64,000 nucleotides of DNA from contig NW_026262701.1 of the NCBI RefSeq assembly GCF_021869535.1, positions 18,414,001 to 18,478,000 on the forward strand, read 5' to 3'. Of this stretch, positions 46,664-60,291 are shown piece after piece. The DNA is from Mytilus californianus. Taxonomy: Eukaryota. The notes under the pieces are model-generated. The model made no database searches, was not told the origin of the DNA, and saw only the letters and a list, made by a program, of their open reading frames with translations. Positions within the stretch are counted from its first letter, which is position 1; the number at the start of each line of letters is the position of its first letter. Both the position numbers and the translations under genes were made by a program.

Positions 46664-48988
46664 GACCGACAGACAAACAGTAGTACACAGAACACAACAT
46701 AGAAAACTAAAGACTGAGCAACACGATCCCAACCAAAAACTGGTGGTAATCTCATGTTCTCCGGAAGAGTAAGCAGATCCTGCTCCACATGTGGCACCCG
46801 TCGTGTTGATCATGTTAGTACAAACCCGGTAATAAGTCAAATTCCATAGGTCATATTCAGGAAAAGGGGGGACAGGATTGTAGTTACAACATTAGGAACT
46901 GAACAAATCCCTTATCATCTGTGAAACGGATATTCTATAAGGTCATGGTTACTAAAAATAAACTTAATAGCTTGCTGTTCAGTGTGAGCCAAGGCTCTTT
47001 GTTGAAGGCTGTACTTTGACCTATAATTGTTTATTTTTTACACATTGTGACTTGAATTGAGATCTGTCCCATTGGCGCTCATACCACATCTTATTTCTAT
47101 TAAATAAGTTCAGAAACTTTTTTTTCTATGGTAAAATCCTCTGGCACAAATTAGAGTCTACAAATATCATAAATTCTGTTTATTTTATAAATATTAACAT
47201 ATTTGATCCTAGTAATGCATACAGGAAAAAGAAGAATAACTAGAAAGAATTTTAGAACACAGGCAGTGTAACTTGAAATTGAAGTTTACATACGTCATAA
47301 TGTACACATGTAAACAAAAGTTGTTTGGCTCAAAATAAAATAAATTTGGCTGTTTAATCTTGACTGTAAATCTTTACCATTTTAAATTAATGTGCTGAAT
47401 TTTGATGGTTTTTGATAATGTAGTTAATAAATGCAAAACTGTTTTCTATCCAAGGTTATACAGGCTGACTAGATAGAATTAATAACAAAAATACTTAAAT
47501 TACTATTGATTTTAAACATGAAAACGATATTTAATGGATGAACACATCTGTTATCAATGTTTTCTCTTTTACTTAAAACAATAAAAATGTTCCCATACAT
47601 GTATCATTTAAGGTCAAGAGGCTGTCAAAATTACTGCTGAACAGGTTTTCTTTCCATTAAATGAGTGTCATTGTTAAAGAAATCAAGGGCATACCCCCTA
47701 ATTGGAAATTGTTATCACATAAAAATGACGTAAAAATTCATTTTTCAACCAATGCAGGACTTTAACTCCTAAACAGCAAAAGTGTAAAATTATTTATGAA
47801 CTTTACCTAACCTTTTGTCATGAAACAAGATATAATTGTAATGAAAAGGTCAAACAGTTATTGCACTGAATTAAGGTGCTATCCAATCAACCAGAATAAT
47901 TGTGATATTTATATAAGTCCCATAAGAAAAACAAATGGTTCTCTCAGATCCAGAGGGGTTGTTCTGGGTGTTGAACCCCCTCCCCCTTTTTAGTTTGACG
48001 ACTCATGCTTTTGTATGGGGACATATGGTTGGAACCCTCCTTTTTTTATATTATTTGCAAGTGTTGGAACCCCCTTTTTAAAAAAATGGCTGGTTCTGCA
48101 CCTGTTTCCTGTTGTCTTGATTCCTGAGAAAATTAGTTATTAAAAAGAAAGGGGTTAAAAGAAGAAGTGAGGATGCTATGCAGGCAAAAAAAATAATTAT
48201 TTAAACTGTGTACAAGTTTCTCTTCAACAAATAGGTTCTGATTTTTCAGATAATATACTAACCTTAATTCAAATTTTTAAAGAATATGAAAAAAAAAAAA
48301 GAAAGATCCCCACAACCTATTATAGACTGCTGCTTTTTCATTCTTGAATTTTTAAAAGCCTCAATTTTCATCACCATTAATTTTCTTAGCACCATTGTTA
48401 AATTAATAGAATTACACAAATGAGACCAAAATGGTGCTTAATGTTAAAGAATGGTTATATTGGTGATACATCCTATTTCCATTTTAACTAATCATGATGT
48501 TACCAAAAAATGTATATGTGAATAATAAAAATCTGGTCCAAAATTGTTTCCTGATTCTGAGAAATATGATTAACTCTTTATAAATTTTTCAAGTTATTAC
48601 AATGTATTTAAATATGAAATTCTAACTTATAAACGTAATATCTCAAACATTTCAATACTGAGTTGAAGAAATGCAAGCCTTAGAAGCTCAATTTGTGTCA
48701 CCTGCGGTCTCAAAATTATATAATGGTTAAGTCCATGGTTTGATAAGGTAAGCTAAATATGTGCAAGCTAAATGGAATTCTGTATCTAGACACTGCTAGG
48801 AGACACACAAATATTATCTAGATAACATAATAATATGCAAACATATCATATGCTCAATTGAATTAGCTTGACTTTCCACAATTGCAGCTATCTGTTTTTA
48901 AATACATCAAACATGTCAAATGTCTTGTATAGTTCATGATTTTCAAAAAAACATTTGGATAATTTATCAAACTTTTGTACAACAATAT

Positions 48989-49766
48989 AGAGTTCACACT
49001 AGGACATTTATATCGATTTAAACTAGATCGGTTCACTTTAGATCGGTTTAAGGGCTAATGTGAATGCTTTTGATCGATCTTTAATCGGTCTAAACTAACA
49101 CACCAAAAGAGGTAGTTTAGTTTGAATCGATCTAAAGATAACCGATCTAACTTTAAATGTGAACGCAAAGATCGGTTTAAACTAGTGAGATTGAATCGAA
49201 AATAATATATGTGTATGTATAGCGACAAAACTACAAGTGTAATAACATAACACCCCAGTATATATCGGTGGTTCGTTGTTTAACCAATATTTCTCTGTTT
49301 AAAAACAGACCTTGTGTACATGCAAGTAAAGACAAACGGACAAAAAGTTGTCTTTGCCGTACCATAAATTTGTGTGTCTTCTTTTCTTCTGTTGTTTTTG
49401 TTGTATTTTTTTCAGAACCGGAGCATTTCTTCCTTGCTACAGTTTTTTGTTTCAAAATTAATGAAAACTACAAGAACACAAGTATCAAAATTTGAACTTG
49501 TGATTCAAGAGAAACAATAACTTCATCCATTTTTTTTAACAGTGTGTTTCAGTGTACCAACACATAAATTTGATTAATTATTTCTATTTATACACAATGT
49601 TTACAGTTTTACAGGTCAATTGCATTTTTAATTGTAGTGTGAAAGCAGTGGTTCAGATTAGATCGATAGAGATCATTATGATTAAAGATAATGTGAACGC
49701 TAACTGGTTTTATTTAGATCAATTCAAATTAGATCGATAAAAAAAAATGCTAGTGCGAACTAGGTC
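48989..49766. mobile_element. TIR MITE, PIF/Harbinger-like (classification tentative)
   Basis: AGTTCACACTAG / CTAGTGCGAACT ends; many subterminal agatcg(g/a)t and aatgtgaacgc motifs. Confidence 0.5.
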
Positions 49767-50190
49767 TTATATGTTAAATTGACTTAATACAAATACATGA
49801 CATATGATATGGTTGTAGGTTTGTTTATTTATTCTACATTTATCCTACATTTGACAAATTTGATTTATGTAGACCATATCCTATTGTAAATCTGCTGTAA
49901 AGTTCTGTTCAATAATTTGTATATACATTAAAATGATAGGACTTCTAGAAATCTGTAAACTTATTTTGCCTGTCCCTAAATAAATATTGTCAATCAAAAA
50001 TGAGGAATTATCTCCCTTTGCACTTAATTTGTATGTGCTTTTAATATCAAAAACTGTGGAAAACAGACATCCACTGTATCTGTTCAGCCTTTCCACATAC
50101 ATTTTTAAATTACTAAAAATACAGTGTGAACAAAAACTCTAAATTAGGAAACAGATGAGTCATTGATGAAGGATTCCCATAGAGAGGTTA

Positions 50191-51852
50191 AACAAGAGTG
50201 CACACGCTGAAATGTCTCGCCTTCTTTACTAACCATTGATATTATGTTTATAGTCCTAAATATAAAGCTTTACTACAACTATCACATACACTTAAAATGA
50301 TCCAAGAAAATGAGGTCAAGGTCATATAAACCAAACAAGAAATACATGTACACCTTACAATCATTCAATACACTAAATATAGTTGACCTATTGTTTATAG
50401 TTTCTAAGATACAGACTTAACCAAGAAAACTAAACATTGACCAATGAACCAATAAAATGAGGTCAAGGTCAGATGAACAATGCCAGGCAGACATGTAATA
50501 CAGCTTGCAATCCTTCCATACAACAAATATAGTTGACCCTATTGCTTATAGTATTAGAAAAACAGGCCAAAACACAAAAACTTAACACTGAGCAATGAAC
50601 CGTGAAAATGAGGTCAAGGTCAAATAAAACCTGCAAGACTGACAGGTATATCATAAAATATTTCCATACACCAAATATAGATGACCTATTGCATAAAGTA
50701 TTAGAAAAAAAGACCAAAACTCAAAAACTTAACTTTGACCACTGAACCATGAAAATGAGGTCAAGGTCAGAAGACACCTGCCAGCTAGACATGTACACCT
50801 TACAATCATTCCATACACCAAATATAGTAGACCTATGGCATACAGTATAAGAAAAACAGACCAAAACACAAAAACTTAACTATAACCACTGAACCATGAA
50901 AATGAGGTCAAGGTCAGATGACACCTGCCAGTTGGACATGTACACCTTACAGTCCTTCCATACACCGAATATACTAGACCTATTGCTTATAGTATCTGAG
51001 ATATGGACTTGACCACCAAAACTTAACCTTGTTCATTGATCCATGAAATAAGGTCGAGGTCAAGTGAAAACTGTGTGACGGGCATGAGGACCTTGCAAGG
51101 TACGCACATACCAAATATAGTTGAACTATTGCATATAGTATTAGAAAAATAGACCAAAACTCAAAAACTTAACTTTGACCACTGAACCATGAAAATGAGG
51201 TCAAGGTCAGATGACACCTGCCCGCTAGACATGTACACCTTACAATCATTCCATACACCAAATATAGTAGACCTATGGCATACAGTATAAGAAAAACAGA
51301 CCAAAACACAAAAACTTAACTATAACCACTGAACCATTAAAATGAGGTCAAGGTCAGATGACACCTGCCAGTTGGACATGTACACCTTACAGTCCTTCCA
51401 TACACCGAATATACTAGACCTATTGCTTATAGTATCTGAGATATGGACTTGACCACCAAAACTTAACCTTGTTCATTGATCCATGAAATGAGATCGAGGT
51501 CAAGTGAAAACTGTCTGACGGGCATGAGGACCTTGCAAGGTACGCACATACCAAATATAGTTATCCTATTACTTATAATAAGAGAGAATCTAACATTACA
51601 AAAAATCTTAAGTTTTTTTTCAAGTAGTCATTGAACCATGAAAATGAGGTCAAGGACATTGGACATGTGACTGACGGAAACTTCGTAACATGAGGCATCC
51701 ATATACAAAGTATGAAGCATCCAGACCTCCCACCTTCTAAAATATAAAGCTTTTAAGAAGTTAGCTAACGCCGCCGCCGCCGTAGCCGCCGCCGCCAGAT
51801 CACTATCCCTATGTCGAGCTTTCTGCGACAAAAGTCGCAGGCTCGACAAAAA
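50191..51852 (-). mobile_element. Full-length HINE-like family B element with a 440-bp higher-order repeat
   Basis: Same termini as 3549-4538; (GCC)n microsatellite at ~51770-51797; monomers at 50757, 50904, 51050 and 51197. Confidence 0.75.
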
Positions 51853-52293
51853 CATATCAATATACCTGTACATTTCTTTCATTTATTTGAACATTAAAAC
51901 AATGTAAATAGACCTGCTAATTAATTCGTTTTCAATGAACTTTTAACAATCTACGATTCTTTTTTACCTATCACGATAAAATGTGAAAATCTTCCTGAAC
52001 AATATTTATTCTTCTTGTTTTTAAAGTAGTACAAGCTGAAAAAATTGCATGGTTTATAAGGTAGTTTTGTGCATTATAATATTCCTAATTGAATCTATAA
52101 ATACTACTATGCAAAAAAAATTTGGATAATCAGAATCTTATATAAATGAGTAATTTCATCTTAGATGTCTTATCTTAAGTAAATGTATGAAGACTTTCAA
52201 AACAAACACAGAATAATTAGTGATGAGGCACAAATAACAAACATGTCCGTTTCACAAATGAAATTACAACATAGACTATCTAATCTATAAGTA

Positions 52294-55200
52294 TCATGTC
52301 GATCGGTCCAGATATTCTGCTATTTGTAAATTTCTCCAGTCTTTAGATAGATCATCAAAATGGTTATCAAAGTCAACTAACTGTCTGTAGGAATCCGGTG
52401 TAGATAATAACATTCTGCTTAACTCTAGTGTTTCTTCATCTGTTGTCGGTCTACAATGGATACATAATTATGTTACTTCTTGTACAAGTGTGTAAACTTC
52501 ATTTGAATAATCGTATAGTTTTCACCTACCTCATTTTTGTGAAAGAGTTTCTTTTAGATACCTAAATAGATATCTCAATCTTTCCATAACTTTAATTCTA
52601 CATACAGCCAATATCATCTTTGATAGATAATTGATTTATGACTTCATCCAATTGCAATTTACAAAATTTCATTCTTGCCAGCACCCTTTTAACAGTATCA
52701 CCAGAAGTTTTATAATTTGGATTTTTTTTCATTTTGTTTGTTTACACATCTAAATTTTGTATGTGTTTGTAGCCATATAACATGTAGTTAAACACATTAA
52801 TATTACTTTAGATATCAATAAACATATGATTTCAAAATGGAACTATACAACTATACAACTGCAATTTTAACTGTTTCTTAAATCTTTGAAGAGTTGGAGA
52901 ATTTAAGATGTGAGCCCCCTTCTGAATCATCAAATTGGTTTATGTCAAGAGACATGTCTAATTGTTTTTAATTGATAAGATGAAGGACTTCCCGTTACGA
53001 ATTTCCTTGGAGTTCGGTATTTTTATTATTTTACTTTTAATGTCAAGAGACATGTTAATTGTTCATCAGTAGCAATACTATAAGGAAACTAAACTAATGA
53101 CACAGTCACACAATGAACACCTGAATTAACATTTGTCCAATTGTATGAAAATTTCAGTATTTCTATACCTTTTATCAGTTTTGCACCAATTTGTTTCTTT
53201 AAACGTGTATATATTGTAAGCCTCTGACACTGCTAGCGGAGATACTTTATTATTATCAACCTGAAAAACAAAATCTTACATTGAAACAATTCATAGTATT
53301 ACATCTTGGACATTATCACATAATTCCCAAATTTATCCAACATTAATATCTTTTTCTAAACTAAGACGCATCATTTGTATATGCGATAATATATTGGGAA
53401 AAGTTTCATGCTAAAGTTTACATCTATTTGTATCCACTTAATTTTTAGAGTCTGTTCTTGCACTAAAAAATGTGTTGCCTTGTAGAACATTTTTTTCATA
53501 TTGTTTCTAATTGTCAAGACATAATTGACAAACTAAAATATTTCATTTTTCTTTTCAAAAATCATAATTCAATATTCAAAGTCCTACATTCTTTATCAAA
53601 TAATTGAAATCCTTTTACTAACAAATGATCGATAAATACTCACTATAAAAATACAAGTCCTTTTACTAACAAATGATCGATAAATACTCACTATAAAAAT
53701 ACAAGTATCAGGGTTATTGTCGTAGATTCTTTTTCCTATTATTTTTGCTGCATTATTTAATCTGAAAGTTGAATAAAGTTATATTTTAAATTTCTAAGTA
53801 AATTTTCCACACAATAAAAGTAAATATATCAAATAGGTTATTTATAATATAGCAGGTATTTTCCGTGTTTAGAGTAGCCTTTTATAAAAGCATATACTTT
53901 TTGTGATCCCAAAAATATTTCAAAGTTGGTTACCATGATTACTAGATACTTTTGTAAACAGGAAGTCATGAGTTTGACTTTATGAACAGACAAAGTGCCC
54001 TGTTTGATAGAAAATTGTATCACATGAACAAAAATTTAAACTTCAAATATTTTATTGCGTTCATAATCATGATAATTGCATTTATTGATTAACAGGCCAT
54101 TAAAAATTTTCCAATGAACGAAAGGAGCTCCTGTATTACTGAGATATCACTTTAGTTTACCAAGAAATCCACACTTACACATTATCATCAAGGTTTTCAT
54201 TGGCTTGATAATATCCTGCTATCACACATCCTATACTCTTACTGTAGGCTTCAATCTGAATATACAAAATTAAACTAAGGTTAGATAACAAACTATGTTG
54301 CAGTGGCGGATCCAGAACTTTTCATAAGGGGTGCCCGCTGACTGACCTAAAGGGGGGGGGGGGCTCCAGTCATGCTTCAGTGATTCCCTATATAATCAAC
54401 CAAATTTTTCCCAGGATAGGGGGGCCCCCCCTGGATCTGCCTATGTGTTGTGTATTTGCATACCAACTAGCATTCATGACGAGAATAGACAGCTCAGCTT
54501 ACAGTATTTTTTATTTAATTTAAGCATTTTTTGGGTAATATAGATGTTTCTCTACTGAGCTGCATACTGAGCTGCAGTGAGGTAATACCAGAAAAAAAAC
54601 TATAGATATTAACTCTCTAACATGTTCTAGCCAATGCTAATCTTGGGGACATTACTGAAAAGTTGTATCAACAAAAAGACAGTCATTTCCCTTTAACATT
54701 GTTATTTTTTCAATGCATAAATTTTAATTAGGCCAATATGTCTAAAATGTTGTGTCCACGAGGATGAATCCATGAATAGTGTCACATTAAACTTTAATGA
54801 ACTTTTTATAGATTAACTGAAGTATTGTATTTGTCTTTAAATGCCTGATAAAAATTATGAAAACATATTGAAGTTATACTTTTAAAAATGACAAGAACAG
54901 TGGGTTATAAATTAAACATGTATATGACAGCAACTCAGTAGTTTCAGAGAAGATTTTTCAAAATCTTGCCTATCAGGATCAAAGGATGATATTCATTCAA
55001 TTTGATATTAATTTTGGAAATTTTATTGACAAACTATAGTTATTGTGACTGCATATTGATCAATGTCAGCTGAATGAATATGAATGTCGAAGTCTCATTT
55101 TAAAGAATATGCTTGGTTATTCTTTAAATGAGGTTTATATCTGTGTTTTGGAGTATTTTGGGTAAATCTATCATGTCTATGTATGGACTTAATCCCTTTA

Positions 55201-58019
55201 AGGATTTTCTTATGCCATTGGCAAGAACTATATTGATCTAGAAAGTAGTTGTCCTTCATGATTTTTTCATTGTTTTTTTTTGTATTCAAATTACAAAAAG
55301 AGGCACAGATTAGACGATGACGACGACGACGACGACGATGATGATGATGATGATGGATGGCTGCTTAACGTCCAGCAGCAAATTAATATGTATATTCATA
55401 ACCACGATAATGAGAACATATTAATGTAATATGAATATTAACCCTGCTTTATACCAGGCCGTGACGGATTTTTAACATGCTAGTTCACAAGGTAACAGTC
55501 TGCAGGAAGACATGTATAGAGTTCGCGAAAACTTATTTTGACCCGTCGGTCATGGGACCGACAAAGCATGATTATTTGTCAGTCCTACAAAATCTGTCAA
55601 TTTTATCCTGAAATAAAATTAATAACATATTTTATGTAAAAATAACTTTATTAATATTAGTTTTATTCTTTGCACCCACAGGCAAATCAACAATGAAGGA
55701 CCAGTTCAGGTCTTCTGATTGTTCTTATTTAAAGTCATCTTCACTATCCATTTCATCATCTGAATCATTTTCTCGGCTGTTACAGTATTTGTTTGCTCCA
55801 TTGTAGGGTTCAATCTCGGATTGTTTGCCAGGGATGGCTCTACGAACAAATTTAGTTGGCCACGTGTAGATCGCTGCTTTGGTTTGTTTATAATAAATCT
55901 GTAAACCAGTACCGGAAATTTACAGCGGGTACATCTGATAACCGATGTAAACACTTATTGGAAACAGTTGTGGTACATCTAATAACCCATGTAAAAAAGT
56001 GCCGAAATTTGCACTACAACGGCCGTTTTTACATCGGTCATCGGGACCGGCACTAGCCTTCAAAATACTAGTCCGAGCCTTATTTTGACCGACAGGACCG
56101 ACCATTTTCGCGAACTCTGCATGTCACTTTAACCCGGAAACACTGTTCTGACTCCGAGCGGCCAGTCTTTGCTCTTACTCCTTTATGCCGCATGCTTAGC
56201 AGAGAAGCAGCTTACACCAATTTTAAAGTCTTTGGTTTGACCATCTGGCACTTGAGGCGAACACGCTACCAACAAGGTGGTATCACAGATTAGAAGGACA
56301 AAATTATAGTTTTGACAAAATGAATCTATAACCATCTTTTAAGGTTTTTTTTATAATTTTCCCCTATTCTAAAAGGCTGTAAAAGGCAACTGCTCGAGGT
56401 AAGACAGTTGGAAAAAATTTCCCTGAATATACTTTATTGAGTTTTTTTGGAGTTCTCAAGAAATCATTGCACCCCATTAACTGATTATATACAGGGCTCA
56501 CACTACTTCTGAATCATAGGGAGAAGTGACTTCTCTTTTTGAAACTGATAGGGAGAAGTGGTGAGATTTGAAAGAGAAGTGCTCCTTCGCGAGATGCGCT
56601 ACAATGTTTTGATTTTACTATAGTATAAAGGGTCATATGTAAATAATGTTCTTTTTATATTGTTTAATTCATATCTGAGTATACAATTAAATTAACAGTT
56701 CAAATTCAAAGTTGTTTAAGTTTAGGTTCTTGTGAGAACTACCAACTAAATATCTAGCACTAAAAAGAATTTTTTTTATGTCAAAAAGGTCAAGAAGTTA
56801 TAAAATATGAATTACAATTCAATTAAAAACTTGTTTATCATGTTTATAAGATTCAGTGTTTCTCATCAAAAGATATACAAAGTTAAGCTGGGCCATAATA
56901 TATTGATATTATTGGTTAAGCAACTTTATTCAATATTTTGAAACAATCCATATAAATTATATGGAATAATATACATTAATCAATTAGATCTAACCAAAAG
57001 TCTGTTAATGCGTGTGGAATGTGTAATTTTTCCTTTTGGGATCAATATTCTTCAGTCAGCTGTTCCATTCATGCGTCCGTAGTTATTATTGTAAAAATAC
57101 GGATTTCCGTCATAGCTGGACCGGTTCCGATCCGTAGTTAGATAATGGTTAATGGCGGACGAAGAAAATTTACAAAAATAAACGATGTTTGACAAGCTAT
57201 TGGAAAGGAATATGAAGTTTTTAATGCAATAAATGGATTAAACATTTACTGGAGGCAACTTTTATCACTTTCAAATGAAGTAACAACTTATTTTGCTGCC
57301 GAAAGTTAGATTGATGTACGCTCTCTGAGTAACAAGTACCGGTAGTGCATGCAGTGATTAAAAGTTGTCTTTTTATTAAATAACCTGCTACACACTGTAA
57401 ATTCAATGCTTAAACCTCGTTTCTTAAGAAAATGAATCATTTATGTCTGAATTTCTTTAATAATCAATAAATTGAAAATGTCCGATGATGAAAGCGACTG
57501 AAAGCGAGTATCATCAACAACAGGGCGACTTGTTTTCGCTTTTTAGGGTCGGGCAAAGCGAAGTGACGGATGGGAAAGCGACTTCTTCGCCCTAGTCGCC
57601 TGGTAGCGTGAGCCCTGATATATGAAATGTAAGAATGTGAATAATATATTCAAGCGATAAAATATTTATCCAGATTTAACCCTGAAACACTAGAAGTCCA
57701 GTGACTTTAAAATCATGAACGATTAATTAAATCCTTAAGTTGGTCACATTAACCGACAGCAATGTAACCAAAGAGATTCCCAAGAGTAAAATGTCTAATA
57801 TAAACAGATGAACACCTGCAACAAAGCAGCCTCCAGCATCGGTGCTATACTCAAAGACAAATGAAACAGTGGAATACAGTCAACAAATCGTATGTTTTTG
57901 TGATCTTTGTGTTTTGGTTCTTCAGCTAGAAGTACACCATTGACAGCACAATGTGGATATTTAGCTGCATGAAGTAAAATCTTGCAGTAAGCTGTGCTTG
58001 TTAAAAATAAATCCGCCAT
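52294..58019 (-). CDS. EMC8: ER membrane protein complex subunit 8/9 homolog (199 aa). Exons 58019-57816, 54255-54179, 53761-53692, 53260-53169, 52450-52294
   Basis: [53 protein letters not shown]. 600 nt in phase, all GT-AG. Confidence 0.93.
54301..54445. mobile_element. G-rich MITE in EMC8 intron 1
   Basis: TIR CAGTGGCGGATCCAG / CTGGATCTGCCTATG; 5-bp TSD TGTTG. Related partial copies at ~13850-13894, 25704-25846 and 47945-48103. Confidence 0.7.
55313..56275 (-). mobile_element. tRNA-derived SINE (Meta-domain-like) split by a TIR element
   Basis: Minus head TGGTAGCGTGTTCGCCTC, core TGCTTCTCTGCTAAGCATGCGGCATAAAGGAG, (CAT/CGT)n tail at 55313-55360. Confidence 0.55.
55517..56119. mobile_element. 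Non-autonomous TIR element inserted in the SINE
   Basis: (T/C)AGAGTTCGCGAAAA TIRs, ggaccgac subterminal repeats, catgt duplicated on both flanks. Confidence 0.7.
56492..57617. mobile_element. Non-autonomous TIR element in EMC8 intron 1
   Basis: TIR CAGGGCTCAC(A/G)CTA; flanks ATATA / ATATA; subterminal gcga motifs. Confidence 0.7.
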
Positions 58020-58478
58020 GCTGGATGGCTTTCAGTTGTCTCTTTATTTAACGTAAATTACCACGATGTTACTAGAAAGTTCCGAACGGTTTTAAAAATG
58101 TCAGCGCCCAGTGTCCACCCACTTATTTATTAATTTGGTAAAAAAGACAGTTATTCACAAATTATCAATGTTTATAAAATGTTTTAATGCAGCTGCAAGA
58201 CCTGCAAGTGTAAGTTGTGAAAGCGGACGAAGTACACATTTGTATAATACTAATACTTCTGATAAAAAAATTATATAGACAATAGACAATATTTATTACT
58301 ATTAGCACAAATACATTTACATTAAATGGTTATGGCATTCAGTATGGAGACAATAAACTGATAATAATTAAATTGACTATAATTAAATTAATTTAGAGTG
58401 ACAGTGGCATTCTCACGAAAAAAAGAGACTATAGATATGTGTGTATCGACAGTTAATACAGTATTAATGTTCATGAAC

Positions 58479-59429
58479 GGGTGCAGATCGTTTCATAACC
58501 TGGTCGTTTCGTAACTAGTCGATTCACAACTAGCTAGTTCATTTTTTAACTGAAACGTTTCGTAACCTTATAACAATATTCAATAACATGTAGGTTATGG
58601 AAATAATGTTGAATAAATATTTCGTTTAAAAATAATAAATAGACTTATTGATGTATATATCCAAAGGTAAACTAAAAAGGTACATGTATCAGCGTGTTAG
58701 GTCCCGCTACATATAAGTACGCATATTCTCATTCAGGGATAAATATACTCAAAACCAGATGTCATGTAGTACATTGTTAAGGAGATGTGCTTTTGTTTGC
58801 TGCTTCTGCTGCTCCGGCCAACTAAGACTTTGTTTCCTGTTTAAACCAGGTTTTTTTCAGATGAAAAATCAGGCCTTTATGCCAGTATAAACATGAAAAC
58901 AAAGGACAACATAGTGAAGTTAATGTTCTAAAGGAAGACGATTAACAACAACAAAAAACGCCGGTCCCCAGCCCGCGTGAAAAGGAGGAATGTTATTCAA
59001 TAATTGCATGTAATAGTAAGAAAAAAAAGTAGAAAATATTTTTTTTTTTCAGATCATAAGCCATTTTTTTAATCCTCTTCTTAACCACTTTACACCTAAT
59101 TACTTTTTATCACCTGTCAATAGCTGTCATAAAACCATTAAGCGTAATCACCAATTAGCCAAGAATTTAAAATTTTAAAAATTATTATTATTAGATTCAC
59201 AGTTTGATCATTTTTAAGTATAAATAACACGAACAAAACTCAAGAAATTTATTTTGGCTTCAATATATAGACAATTTTGGGAGATAAACACTTCCAGAGA
59301 CAAAACTAATAGAGACACACTTTATAACCATATATAATTACACGAGGTACGAAACGTCTCGGTTACAAATCAACCTAGTTACGAATCGACCAGGTAAGAA
59401 ACGACCAGGTTACGAAACGACTAGCATTC
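58479..59429. mobile_element. TIR element with subterminal GGTTACGAAACGACC repeats
   Basis: Inverted repeat arrays at both ends; 8-bp TSD TCATGAAC (58471-58478 and 59430-59437). Confidence 0.7.
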
Positions 59430-59790
59430 TCATGAACATAAAAAACAAAAAATAAGGATACATATTAAAAAAAAATATAAATTACACAGATGTTCTCAAT
59501 AAAAGACAATCATTAATAAACTTTATAGTGATTTTTATAATGACTGGCAAACTGCTATTTAAAAGTGTGGTCATATGCCTCAGTGTTATAGCTGAATGCA
59601 ATTTTATAAAATTGAAATTAAAATTAGTATTAATATTTTGTATATACATGATATAGGTATCCCTCAATATATATAAATGATAATAAGACTGGTTACCTTG
59701 TGGACTAACATGTTAAAAACAGGCTCCAGCTCAGCATGTTGATCTACATGTATTAGTTCAAATAGTGGTTCATCATTGGTTATATAGATC

Positions 59791-60103
59791 TCGTAGGTAC
59801 TTGGGGACTGGACAATTTTTTTTGGCCCTTCCCCTTTTTTCCAAAATCCGTTATTTTTTCGTTTTCTATTAATTTCAATTATTTTCGCGTTTTTCTGTAT
59901 TATAAGAACATAGATCTTCTTATATCTATATAGATATACTACAAATAACTTGTATTTGCTGTTTACTATCCACGGCGGTCACTGATATATAGAATTTATG
60001 ACCGCTGTTGATAGTAAACATGGACTTGATAGTAAATAACAAATACAAGTTATTAGTAGTATATTTATGTTCTTATAATTGTCCTGTCCCCAAGTACCTA
60101 TGA
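59791..60103. mobile_element. MITE with 27-bp TIRs and an inner fold-back
   Basis: TC(G/A)TAGGTACTTGGGGAC(T/A)GGACAATT TIRs; TAGATC on both flanks. Confidence 0.75.
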
Positions 60104-60291
60104 TAGATCAATATCAAATTAACATGTTCTTGTCAAAATATGCATGATTGTTGTATTTGCCACAGAACGTTATACATCAACCAGGGACAGTCTATACTAG
60201 TTGTCCCTGCATCAACCCATAATCATCCTCATCAAAGTTCATATCAGTTTGAGGACTATTTTGAGGCTCTGCCCAATAGGTCATGGTCCAG

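Noticed and set aside
43100-51600. CRISPR-like periodicity of the 147-170-bp arrays
   Set aside because: Whole units repeat with no unique spacers, there are no cas genes, and the context is eukaryotic.
52598-52732. 44-aa sense ORF with caaaATG context in EMC8 intron 4
   Set aside because: Short, with no homology recognised and no splice or promoter support.
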